Shown one piece after another: positions 9,485-18,427 of a DNA stretch of 22,015 nt. The notes beneath the pieces were generated by a model that saw nothing but the letters and a program-made list of their open reading frames with translations, was not told the origin of the DNA and ran no database searches. Source of the stretch: Verrucomicrobiota bacterium (lineage in GTDB: Bacteria; Verrucomicrobiota; Verrucomicrobiia; Limisphaerales; CANJSG01); the NCBI GenBank assembly GCA_038209745.1, contig JBBQXJ010000079.1:1-22015 (forward strand), in the 5' to 3' direction. The translations under genes and the position numbers were made by a program. The first letter of the stretch is position 1, and every line of letters starts with the position of its first letter.

Positions 9485-10030
9485 GGTGAACAATGGCGGG
9501 GAAGCGGCCTGGCCAGACCACGCCGGTTTGACGCACTCGCATTAGAGCGGGCGCGGCTGACCGCTGCCACCACCACGACCCTTGCATCACTGCGGCCATG
9601 TCGGGCGGTGCTCCGACCGGCTTTGTTCGGGGCCACGCTCGAACCCACCGCCGCCGCCTTGGGGGTAAGCCGGGCCACCGGGCCTCGTCTTCAGGCCGCC
9701 TTCCTGGCCCAAGTCAGCGCCGCCCACCCGAACACTTCATCGTCATGGTCGGGGATGGCGCCAGTTCGCAGGTGGCCAAGGCGCTGGTAGTGCCGGAGAA
9801 CATCCGCCTTCTCCTCCTCCCCCGCCTAGGCGCTGGAACTCAATCCGCAGGAACACAGGTGGGCTGAAATCCGGGAGAAGAAATTTCCCAACCGGGTGTT
9901 TTCAGCCATGGCAGGGGGTGCAAACCTTGCAAACTGGACTGCCACGGCTGGCGGCGGATCGAGATCGGATCCGGAGCATTTGCGCCTGGCCTCGGATCCT
10001 TAATCTCAATTTTAACGCGAACTGGAATGA
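9460..10030 (+). mobile_element. Internally deleted, degenerate IS630-family element (571 bp)
   Basis: The HTH-ORF start (LARPRRFD...VLRPALFGATLEPTAAALGVSRAT) is fused directly to the DDE C-terminus (FLAQVSAAHP/EHFIVMVGDGASS..VPENIRL../PA*ALELNPQEHRWAEIREKKFPNRVF/..LAADRDRIRSICAWP), with frameshifts and a stop codon. Imperfect terminal inverted repeats lie at 9460-9490 and 10000-10030 (20/31 match). The left end begins with TA. Confidence 0.8.
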
Positions 10031-10094
10031 GAGACCGGGTTTCAGTTTTGAGCGGCCAGGTTCCGGCGGAGTCGTTTCTCGTGCAGGCTCAACC

Positions 10095-10440
10095 TCAGGA
10101 ACTAGACCGCAGGCGCGAAGGTGTTCCACAAGATCGAGCATCGGGATGCCGTTCTTGGCGACGATGCCGACCCCGATGATGGTCGCAAGAAAGGAGCCGC
10201 TGTTCAGCGTCGCACCGGTCAGCAAGAGCCCGGCCACGGTGACGAACAGGGCGACCACTGCCGAACACGATGGCGATGGGTTCAGAGAAGGGAGCGAACT
10301 CGATCAAAAACACGGTGAACACGAGCAGAATGGCCATCAAGAGCGCGAGCAGGAGGTTTGAAACGACTCATGCTGCAGCTGGCAGAAGCCGCCGAATTCA
10401 ATCGCGCCGGACGCCGGTGATTTGTCCGCGCCCAGCTTTT
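10095..10440 (-). pseudogene. Fragment of an RND efflux permease (AcrB/CzcA family), frameshifted
   Basis: Joining frames gives KLGADKSPASGAIEFGGFCQLQHESF / LLLALLMAILLVFTVFLIEFAPFSEPIAIVFG / VVALFVTVAGLLLTGATLNSGSFLATIIGVGIVAKNGIPMLDLVEHLR. This is the TM8-TM10 region with the GIVAKNGI motif. Both ends are missing and the boundaries are approximate. Confidence 0.8.
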
Positions 10441-10564
10441 CGGGGAGTTCGGACGTTCACGGGCCGCCTGGATCCCGCCTTTTGCTGCCGCCCTTTTAGC
10501 CCGGGACACGTCGGGGTCTGGATAGAAGAAAAACGCCGCGAAGAGTCCCGATGAGGGATTCGGT

Positions 10565-12868
10565 TCAGCCCGTCTTCCCCTGCAACAGCCGCGAGATGAG
10601 CTCGGCGGCTTCCCGGATATTGTAAGGTTTGCCGAGGATGTGGATGTCGAACTCGTTCTGCAGCCGTTCACGGTCGGAGGCCTCCAGATAGCCGGAGGCG
10701 AGGATCAGCTTCGTCGACGGGGATATCGCCACGACCTTCCGGATCAGATCCTCGCCGGACTCTTCACCCATGTTGTAGTCGGTGAAGAGCAGGTCGATCT
10801 TCCGATCGGTTTCCGCGAACAACGTCAGCGCTTCCTTGGCGCTCTTGGCCGTGAACACCTGATAGCCGACGGCTTCGAGGAACGTCGCGGCGAAGTCCAC
10901 CACGAGATCGAGATCGTCCACGACAAGAACGGTTCCACTGCCATGGAACTTGCCTCCAATTTTGGGCGCGACGACCGCCGGCGCCTCGGCCGAGACGATC
11001 GGAAGGTAGATCCAGAATGTGGTCCCCTTCCCCAGTTCGCTTTCCACGTCGATGAAGCCGCCGGCCTGTCCGACGATGCTATGGACGATGGAGAGCCCGA
11101 GACCGGTGCCTTTGCCCGGCGCCTTGGTGGTGAAAAACGGGTTGAAGATCTTCAGCAGCACTTCGGGCGATATTCCCGTGCCGTTGTCGGCCACGCCGCA
11201 GGACATGAAGACCGCGCCCGGCTCGACACCCGCGCGCTGGGCCTGCTCCGGCGTCAGACTGTGGAGTCGGGTGGAGAGGGTCAGAGTGCCACCACTGGGC
11301 ATCGCGTCGAAGGCGTTGATACAGAGGTTCAGCAACATCTGCTTCGCCCGAGTGGCGTGGAACCGCACCGGAACGGGTTCCTGCACTGGATCGAGGACCA
11401 CGGCGACGCGGTTCTTCAAGGAACGCCGGGCCATTTCAGCGGCCGCGCGGATGATGTCGTTGAAGTCGCCGACCGTCTCCGGCTCGTCCGAGGACCGGCT
11501 GAAGGAGAGCAGTTGCTGGGTGATGTCGGCTGCTTGGGACGCGGCGTCGTCGATCTGCTCCACGCGGAGCCGGAGCTTTGGTGAAACTTCGTCGTCGAGG
11601 AGGATGACGGAGATGTTGCCCTTGATCGCCTGGAGGAGGTTGTTGAAGTCGTGGGCGACGCCCGCGGCGAGCGCTCCAATGGTCTCCATCTTCTGCGACT
11701 GCTGGAGCATCTGCTCCAGCTCGTGCGACTTGCTCTGGTCCGTCACCCCGTAGATCAACCCCGGCGCTTCGCCGTCATGGTGGAACGGGACGACCTTGGC
11801 GAAGAACCGTTGGTTCGAATTGCCGTCGTGGACGAACTCCCGCTTCTCCCCGTTCCTCAGGACCGAATTGAAAACCTGCTCGAGATCCGCGCGCCGAGCC
11901 GGATCCGGCACGAAGGAGAGCAGGTTCTGTCCGGGTCTGGGAGGCTCCGGGAATTCCAGATGGCCATGGCCGGTCGGCAGCTTGGACCAACCGTCGTTGA
12001 AATGGGTCAACCCGAGCCGCGCGTCGAGCGCGTAGACTGCGGCGTCCAGCGAGTTGATCAGACTGAGGGTGAAGCGGTGCTCGCGCTCGATCGAATGGAG
12101 CAGCTTGCGGGTTCGCGCCACGTTGCGCTCCAGCGCGACACAGCCGATGAAGTTGCCGTCGGGATCGTAGATCGGAGAAATGGCCGACTCGACCGGGAAG
12201 GTGGATCCATCGACACAGACATTCTCCAGATCGCCCTCCCAGTCGGTTCCGGCCTGCACCTTCTCCTCATACTCCATGATCGCCGCCTCTTGACCGGCGG
12301 AGCGCAGCATGGAGAGGGGTTGTCCGAGAACGTCCTCGATGGACATCCCGGTCAGACCTTGGAGTGCGACATTCGTGTAGGTGATGCGGAACTGGGCGTC
12401 CGTCAGCACGACCACATCCCTGCTGGCGTCGATGGCCGTGCGCAGTCGCTGGGCATGGGACTCCATCCTCACCCGACGGCTGGCGTCCTTGACCGAGACG
12501 AGCCAGAGCTCCGGTCCCAGCGATGAGACCTGCACATCGGCGAAGCCGACGGCAAAGCCCTCGGCCCGGACGGACACACCGGTGACGGATCCGCCCCGCC
12601 GCGCGGGATCCTCGAGGATCGAGAGAATCTTGTCGCGAGTGGGTTCGGTGAAGGCCGTCTCCAGGATCAGGGCGCGTTTCGCCGGATCGTCGGTGCTCAG
12701 GAACCATTGGGCCGCACGCCGGTTGATCTCCTCCACCACTCCATCGGCGCGGCAGATGATCAACCCGTCTTCCGCTTCGAGAAAACCCAGTTTCCACCAA
12801 GCAGTGCGGAGCGACGTGGAGTTTTTTCCAGCCGAACCGCTACGACGATGGAGTTCCGTTTCGCTCAT
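10565..12868 (-). CDS. Cytoplasmic multi-PAS hybrid sensor histidine kinase with C-terminal receiver domain
   Basis: Three PAS-like segments, H-box [11 protein letters not shown]-box [11 protein letters not shown] boxes DNGTGI / [13 protein letters not shown], and receiver VLVVDD...LLFTDYNM...LGKPY. No TM segments are evident. Confidence 0.93.
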   Translation of the reverse strand: MSETELHRRSGSAGKNSTSLRTAWWKLGFLEAEDGLIICRADGVVEEINRRAAQWFLSTDDPAKRALILETAFTEPTRDKILSILEDPARRGGSVTGVSVRAEGFAVGFADVQVSSLGPELWLVSVKDASRRVRMESHAQRLRTAIDASRDVVVLTDAQFRITYTNVALQGLTGMSIEDVLGQPLSMLRSAGQEAAIMEYEEKVQAGTDWEGDLENVCVDGSTFPVESAISPIYDPDGNFIGCVALERNVARTRKLLHSIEREHRFTLSLINSLDAAVYALDARLGLTHFNDGWSKLPTGHGHLEFPEPPRPGQNLLSFVPDPARRADLEQVFNSVLRNGEKREFVHDGNSNQRFFAKVVPFHHDGEAPGLIYGVTDQSKSHELEQMLQQSQKMETIGALAAGVAHDFNNLLQAIKGNISVILLDDEVSPKLRLRVEQIDDAASQAADITQQLLSFSRSSDEPETVGDFNDIIRAAAEMARRSLKNRVAVVLDPVQEPVPVRFHATRAKQMLLNLCINAFDAMPSGGTLTLSTRLHSLTPEQAQRAGVEPGAVFMSCGVADNGTGISPEVLLKIFNPFFTTKAPGKGTGLGLSIVHSIVGQAGGFIDVESELGKGTTFWIYLPIVSAEAPAVVAPKIGGKFHGSGTVLVVDDLDLVVDFAATFLEAVGYQVFTAKSAKEALTLFAETDRKIDLLFTDYNMGEESGEDLIRKVVAISPSTKLILASGYLEASDRERLQNEFDIHILGKPYNIREAAELISRLLQGKTG

Positions 12869-12871
12869 GGA

Positions 12872-14149
12872 TCAACAATAGACCAACAATGACTGGGATA
12901 TCGGACTGATCCGGTGGTGGTTGACGATCTTGTCGATGTAGGTCTCCGTGAGCTTCTGGCCGCTGGGAATGAGCAACATACCGGTGCTCGTGTAGATCCC
13001 TTTGGCCAGGATCATGCCGGGCGAAAGCTCGGTCAGCAGGACTTCGCGCTGCCGCCGCGGCACCATGGCATGGGGGAGGCAGCGGACGAGGGCGCGGACG
13101 GCGTCGGGCTCGAAGGCCGAACCACTGCCGCGAGAAATCGTCTCGGCCGCGATCACGGGCTCATAGGGAATCTCGCCGTAGGCCACGGCCACGGCCAACA
13201 GGCGGGCCATCGGTGGGATCGTGTTTCCCGAAAGTCCGTCCGGATAGCCTCGACCATCAAAGCGCTCGTGGTGTGCTCGGATGACCACCCCGACTCCCTC
13301 CAGTTCCTGGACAAAGGAGGCGAGTTCCTGGCCGATCACGGGGTGCTGCTTCACCAGCGACCATTCGGCCTGGGACAGGGTCTCCGGTTGCTTTTCCAGC
13401 CGTTTGATCAGGTGCCGCGGAACGCCGACAAGGCCAACGTCATGGAGCCAGGCGGCGATCTCCAGGACTTTTCGGTCCTTTTCCGGGATCTTCAGCTCCA
13501 ATGCCATCGCCCGACAGAGCTCAAAGACCCACCGCGCCTGGGATCCAAGCGTCGGATAGAATGTCTCCATCGTTTTCAAACAGAGCTCGACGGAGTGCTG
13601 CAGATTCTGTTGGAGAGCGGCGTTGAGCGATTCGAGCTGGGCGTTTTGCTCGGCGACCTTCGCCATCTGTCCCTCGAGCTGGGCGTTCACCTTCTTGAGC
13701 CGGTCGTTCATCGACAGGGTCGTCGCCTGGAGGACGAGGTTCTTGCAGATGAGCTCGTAGCGCTGGACGGCGTTGCGGACGGTGGCGAGCAGCTCTTCGC
13801 GGAGCCATGGCTTGACGATGAAGCGGTAGATTTCGCCCTTGTTGATCGCGTCGATCACGGTGCCGAGACTGAGCACGGCGGTGATGAGGATCCGGGTGGC
13901 ATCGGGCTGGATCTCCTTCACCTGGGCCAGAAACTCCAACCCCGTGAGCAGGGGCATCTGCTGGTCGGTGATGATGACCGAAAAAGGCTGCTCCTTCAGG
14001 ACCTGGAGAGCTTCGATGGCGTTCGAGCAGGTCACGACCTGGTAGCCCTCGCGCTGGAGGGTCTCGCGCAACGCCACGAGCACGATCTCCTCGTCGTCGA
14101 CGACGAGGATCTGGTGGACGGTGTTTTCGCCTGAGCCGGATGGAATCAT
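12872..14149 (-). CDS. Response regulator: receiver domain + coiled coil + HD-GYP-like domain
   Basis: Receiver ILVVDDE...IITDQQMP...FIVKPW, followed by LHDVG, KQHP and HHERFDGRGYPDGL. A small C-terminal domain reads ELSPGMILAKGIY..G.LL..G..LT. Confidence 0.92.
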   Translation of the reverse strand: MIPSGSGENTVHQILVVDDEEIVLVALRETLQREGYQVVTCSNAIEALQVLKEQPFSVIITDQQMPLLTGLEFLAQVKEIQPDATRILITAVLSLGTVIDAINKGEIYRFIVKPWLREELLATVRNAVQRYELICKNLVLQATTLSMNDRLKKVNAQLEGQMAKVAEQNAQLESLNAALQQNLQHSVELCLKTMETFYPTLGSQARWVFELCRAMALELKIPEKDRKVLEIAAWLHDVGLVGVPRHLIKRLEKQPETLSQAEWSLVKQHPVIGQELASFVQELEGVGVVIRAHHERFDGRGYPDGLSGNTIPPMARLLAVAVAYGEIPYEPVIAAETISRGSGSAFEPDAVRALVRCLPHAMVPRRQREVLLTELSPGMILAKGIYTSTGMLLIPSGQKLTETYIDKIVNHHRISPISQSLLVYC

Positions 14150-16251
14150 TGGGCTGCTTGCCTCTCGCCAAACATTTGCTGGAGCTTCGACTGGAAGTCT
14201 GCCGGCACCGCGTCCGAGGCCAGCACAAGATCTATCGCTTCAAGGGTTCCGGAATCAATCTCATCCGCGTTTCTACCGACCAATTGCAGAACCATTTTGG
14301 GCATCCGCGGGCAACGTCGCTGGATCTCCGGCACCACGAGCTCATGGGTCTGGTCCAAAGGTTCCACCAGCAGCATGGCGCCGTCCAGTTCATGGCCCGC
14401 ATCGAGGGTTTCGAGCACGGCGTCCATGGAGTTCGCGGTCAAAACCTGGTAGCCGTGGGACCGGAGCAGCTCGGTGCGCCGATGGAAGAAATCCCCGGCT
14501 GGACCCACCAGCAGTATTTGGCGACGGCGCGGTCCTTGGGAGACCGCTGCCGGCGCCGGCTTGGTCTCCTCGAAAGTCGCCTGGGGAAGCCAGAGCTTGA
14601 AGGTGGTGCCCTTGCCTTCTTCCGACTCCACCGAGATCGCCCCGCCGTGCTTCTCCACGAAGAGCTGCGCGTTATACAGGCCCAGTCCAGAACCTCTTTG
14701 GGCGCCTTTGGTGGTGAAGAAAGGATCGAAGATCACCGCGATGTGGCGCGACGAAATCCCGCAACCGGTGTCGGCCACTTCCAGACAAACGACCGGCGCT
14801 TTCGGGCGGCCACCCTTGAAGTGTCGCAACGGGGGCATCTGTTCATACCGGCTATTCCGCAGCGTGAGCTCCCCTCCGCCTGTCATGGCATCCGCCGCGT
14901 TCAAGGTCAGGTTGATGATGACCTGTTGGAATTCGACCGGATCCACGTAGATCGGAAGCTGGACCTCGGAAAGCTCGGACTTGATCTGCACGCGCCGCGG
15001 CAGGATGCGCCGCACGAGCGAGGTCAGATCGCCGACGATTTCGTTCAGATCGTGGTAGTTCCGCTCTCCCGCCTGTCCGATATGCAGATTGATCATCCGA
15101 TGGACCATCTGGCTGGCCTGGAGCGAGTTTTTCTTGATGAGCGTCAGCCCCTCGGCGAACTCATGGCTCTCGTCCACCGTCGACAGGTAGGATTCGCTGA
15201 GCGAATGGATGCCGGCCATGATGTTGCTGAAATCATGGGCCATGCCGAGGGTCAGAACCGCCAAGGTCTCCTTCCAGGAAGCGGTCGAGAGCCGTTTCTC
15301 GGCGATCGTCTGCCGGGTGACGTCGAACCAGAACCCCTCGTAGCCGAGCAACAGGCCGTTGCGCGTCATGACCGGTTGCCGCTGCTCCAGCACGTAGGAG
15401 ATCTTGCCCGTCAGGGCATGGCGGACACGGTAGGTGATCGACGCGGCGGCCCCGGACCGAGCCGCCCGTTGCATCTGCTTCTGCAGTTCTTCTGCGTCGC
15501 CATCATGGACGATCTCCCAGAAACGACCGGCTTGGCGGCTCCAGTCATCGACGGTCACACCGGTCAAAGCCTCGATGTTCGGACTGACGAACTGGAAGGT
15601 GAGATCGGGCCGTTGGCGGAAAATCACTCCGGGCCAGCGCTTCATCAGCTGGTCCAGCTGCGATTCGGCCCGCACGAGCCGCATGAACATCCCTCGGCGC
15701 GACGATTCACTGCGGAGGTGTTCGTCCCACGTCGCCTCCTCCAACTCGTTGAGCGGCGGCAGGATCGACGCCAGCCGGATGGTGAGGCTGAAGGGACTGC
15801 GGAACATCTCCATCACATACCATTGCTGCGCCGAAATCCCGACGACCGAGGAATGGAACTGGATCTTCGAAAAGTCCACCGACGACCGGAACAGCGTCTC
15901 GAAGGCCACCACCGCCTCCGAACAGCGCCGGCCGAGCGCCTCGGAGAGCGGCGTGCCGGCTCCCGACTCTTGGCGGAGCTCGAGCCAGTCATGGAGAGGC
16001 TCGTCCAGATTGATGATGCGGCCGTCGCCATCCAGCACGGCTGCGCCGCTGTCGAGCCAGGCGCTGGGCACGAAAAGGTTGCGCGCATCCTGACCGAGCC
16101 CGAGGCCTTCCAGCAGGTCGGGTTGATGCAGATTGTTCAGCATTGTCTTGGAGCTTCCCGATTCGGGTGCCGACGGTGGTTCCGGCCGTTCGGAAGAATC
16201 GGTCGGATCCGGAGGACGACGTCGTCCGTCGTAAGCATCGAGTGATGCCAT
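14146..16251 (-). CDS. PAS-domain sensor histidine kinase with degenerate C-terminal receiver-like domain
   Basis: PAS/PAC (FVSPNIEALTG..W..IVHDGD..YRVRH), H-box GMAHDFSNIM, NLTLNAADAM, DTGCGI and FFTTKG..GSGLGL. The stop overlaps the next ATG (ATGA, 14146-14149). The start is uncertain (ATG 16251, 16287 or 16143). Confidence 0.9.
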   Translation of the reverse strand: MASLDAYDGRRRPPDPTDSSERPEPPSAPESGSSKTMLNNLHQPDLLEGLGLGQDARNLFVPSAWLDSGAAVLDGDGRIINLDEPLHDWLELRQESGAGTPLSEALGRRCSEAVVAFETLFRSSVDFSKIQFHSSVVGISAQQWYVMEMFRSPFSLTIRLASILPPLNELEEATWDEHLRSESSRRGMFMRLVRAESQLDQLMKRWPGVIFRQRPDLTFQFVSPNIEALTGVTVDDWSRQAGRFWEIVHDGDAEELQKQMQRAARSGAAASITYRVRHALTGKISYVLEQRQPVMTRNGLLLGYEGFWFDVTRQTIAEKRLSTASWKETLAVLTLGMAHDFSNIMAGIHSLSESYLSTVDESHEFAEGLTLIKKNSLQASQMVHRMINLHIGQAGERNYHDLNEIVGDLTSLVRRILPRRVQIKSELSEVQLPIYVDPVEFQQVIINLTLNAADAMTGGGELTLRNSRYEQMPPLRHFKGGRPKAPVVCLEVADTGCGISSRHIAVIFDPFFTTKGAQRGSGLGLYNAQLFVEKHGGAISVESEEGKGTTFKLWLPQATFEETKPAPAAVSQGPRRRQILLVGPAGDFFHRRTELLRSHGYQVLTANSMDAVLETLDAGHELDGAMLLVEPLDQTHELVVPEIQRRCPRMPKMVLQLVGRNADEIDSGTLEAIDLVLASDAVPADFQSKLQQMFGERQAAQ

Positions 16252-16381
16252 GGTTTGCAGGGCTTGGCGAACCGGTCCAGCCAACATCCTTGCTCTTGGA
16301 CCGTGCTGCGACGGATCGGTTCCCCCCCTGATTAACGAGCGACCGGCGACGATGCCACCTCAAATGCATGGACCTGGCGAA

Positions 16382-17698
16382 TCAGTCCGTCGTTGGATTG
16401 GCCGTCGCGATCGAACGGGTCCCGTTGTCGAGGAGCGCGGCCCGGACCGTTTCGGCCGACATTTCACCTTCCCAACGGCTGATGACAACGTTGGCCACGC
16501 CGTTGCCGATCAAGTTGGTGATCGACCGGCATTCGCTCATGAAACGGTCGATCCCGACGAGCAAAGCCAGGCTTTCGATGGGAATCGACGGCACCACCGC
16601 CAGCGTGGCGGCCAGCGCGATGAACCCGGCGCCGGTCACGCCGCTCGCGCCCTTGGAACTCAGCATCGCCACCAGCAAGAGCGAGATCTGATGAGGCAAA
16701 TCCAACGGCGTGTCGGTCGCCTGGGCCAGGAAAACGACCGCCATCGTCATGTAGATGTTGGTCCCATCGAGATTGAAGCTGTAGCCCGTCGGAATGACGA
16801 GCCCGACCGTGCCGGGCGCGCAGCCCAACCGTTTCATCTTCTGGATCAACCCCGGAAGCGCCGTCTCGCTGGAGCTCGTCCCCAGCACCAGAAAGAGCTC
16901 GTCCTTGATGAAGACAAGGAAGCGGAAGATCGAAAACCCGGCCATGCGCGCGATCAACCCGAGCACGACCACGACGAACAGGCCCGCAGTCAGGTAGAAG
17001 GCCCCCATCAGCTCCAGCAACCGGCCCAGGGAGCCGATGCCATAGCTCCCGACCGTGAACGCCATCGCCCCCAGCGCACCCAGCGGGGCGACCTTCACGA
17101 TGATCGCCATGATCCCGAAGAACAGCTGCGCCACCGTCTCGATGGCGTGCAGCACCGGCCGTCCCCGTTCGCCCAGCGCGCCCAACGCGAACGCCGTGAG
17201 GATGGACACCAGCAGCACCTGCAACAGATCGCCCCGGACGAACGCCTCGAAGAAGCTCGAGGGAATGATGTTCAACAGGAAGTCCACCATCCCCATCGAC
17301 TGCGCCTTCGCCGCGTAGCTCTTGCCGGCTCCGACGATGTTCGGATCCAGTGAATGGGGATCGATGTGGAAGCCGACCCCGGGCTGAAGGACGTTCACCA
17401 CCACCAACCCGATGACCAGGGCGACCGTCGAGACGACTTCGAAGTAGAACAGCGTCTTGATCCCGACCCGTCCGAGTTTCTTCAAGTCGGCCATCGAGGC
17501 GATGCCGTGGACGACCGTGCAGAAAATGATCGGCGCGATCACCATCTTCACGAGTTTGATGAAGGCGTCTCCCAGCGGCTTGAGCGCCTTGCCCGTATCT
17601 GGAAACCAATGTCCGATCAGCACACCGATCCCGACGGCGATCAGGACCTGGATGTAGAGCACGCGATACCAGGGCTTCCGTGCGGGCGAAGGGTGCAT
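16382..17698 (-). CDS. dctA: C4-dicarboxylate:H+ symporter DctA (DAACS family)
   Basis: [83 protein letters not shown] and [10 protein letters not shown]. The true start is ATG 17698; the ORF-track extension to 17923 is not protein-like. Confidence 0.95.
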   Translation of the reverse strand: MHPSPARKPWYRVLYIQVLIAVGIGVLIGHWFPDTGKALKPLGDAFIKLVKMVIAPIIFCTVVHGIASMADLKKLGRVGIKTLFYFEVVSTVALVIGLVVVNVLQPGVGFHIDPHSLDPNIVGAGKSYAAKAQSMGMVDFLLNIIPSSFFEAFVRGDLLQVLLVSILTAFALGALGERGRPVLHAIETVAQLFFGIMAIIVKVAPLGALGAMAFTVGSYGIGSLGRLLELMGAFYLTAGLFVVVVLGLIARMAGFSIFRFLVFIKDELFLVLGTSSSETALPGLIQKMKRLGCAPGTVGLVIPTGYSFNLDGTNIYMTMAVVFLAQATDTPLDLPHQISLLLVAMLSSKGASGVTGAGFIALAATLAVVPSIPIESLALLVGIDRFMSECRSITNLIGNGVANVVISRWEGEMSAETVRAALLDNGTRSIATANPTTD

Positions 17699-17956
17699 CG
17701 CAGTGAAATGGCAGGAACCGACGCCCGGCGGCAAGTTCCGGCTGCCCGTCACCGCCCCCAATCGGAATTGTAACGGCGAAGCCCCTCTCGGCCCCTCGAA
17801 ACGGTCCATGCGAATCAATAGCGTCCAACTGTCGGGGTTGTCCCATGCCCGAATCGCCTGGGGTCGCTCCAATCCGATTCCAAGAGAACCTCCCTCCCCG
17901 CAGTTGCGATTAGCCCCGGCCACTATCGGGGCCCATGGATCCAGACCTCAGAAACT

Positions 17957-18211
17957 CTATAGGGGGACTTCCAAAAAGGTCGGTTTTTGGAAGTCCCCTC
18001 CTGTTGTCTTGGGGCCAAAATGAATCAGGGCCTCCATCTCGTGTGCCTGCCAAGCGAGCAGGTTGGCCGTGGGCCGAACGGCCACGGTCGCTGCCAGCGC
18101 ATCCACCCCCGCTCCTCCATGTCCGGGTGCTTCTGCTCCCAAGCCGGCGCCCGGAAGTCCTGCCAAACACCAGGCCAGACACAACACCAATGATTTTATT
18201 AGCGTGAACAT
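17957..18211 (-). pseudogene. Truncated alpha-L-fucosidase (GH29) 5' fragment
   Basis: Signal peptide MFTLIKSLVLCLAWCLAG.., then VRPTANLLAWQAHEMEALIHFGPKT, resembling the GH29 N-terminal P+..QL.WQ..E..AF+HFG.NT motif. Homology stops at the hairpin, which supplies GDFQKPTFLEVP before a stop. Confidence 0.75.
17963..17998. repeat. Palindromic hairpin element, copy 1 (15-bp perfect stem, 6-nt loop)
   Basis: GGGGACTTCCAAAAA-GGTCGG-TTTTTGGAAGTCCCC. Positions 17968-17999 are the exact reverse complement of 21825-21856. Confidence 0.95.
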
Positions 18212-18263
18212 GGAGCGAAGCCCTCGCGGAGCAGGTGTTTCCTGTCTTCGGGCAAGGTTTTTC

Positions 18264-18288
18264 TGACTATTGACCTGGCCCTTTGTAT
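18264..18288 (+). repeat. 25-bp motif, copy 1 (inverted relative to 21534-21558)
   Basis: TGACTATTGACCTGGCCCTTTGTAT versus the reverse complement of 21534-21558, TGACTATTGACCTGTCCCTTTGTAT (24/25 identical). Confidence 0.92.
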
Positions 18289-18427
18289 TCCAGCGCTCCA
18301 ACGTGACCACCATTCCGGGTTAGGCCCAACATGTCGTAGCTGGTTGACGAATTGGCCATAGGGATGGAGCGAGCGGGAGGAACGAACAAAGCAACATTTA
18401 GCATAGCTCATTCGACGAACCGTAGCC

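Noticed and set aside
10640..17353. Long + strand ORFs (10640-11584, 11651-12526, 12914-14134, 14140-16245, 16250-17353)
   Set aside because: Antisense shadows of the kinase, regulator and dctA genes.
17699..17923. 75-aa N-terminal extension of DctA in the ORF track
   Set aside because: Not DctA-like; homology begins just after ATG 17698.
17963..17998. 36-bp palindrome as a CRISPR repeat
   Set aside because: Only two copies, inverted and 3.8 kb apart, with no spacer array and no cas genes.
18296..18350. GTTAGGC and GCCCAAC integron-like core sites before the HNH-STAND gene, plus CCCAAC near its stop
   Set aside because: No complete attC (paired R and L boxes at the proper spacing) could be built, and the integrase fragment is too short to identify as IntI.
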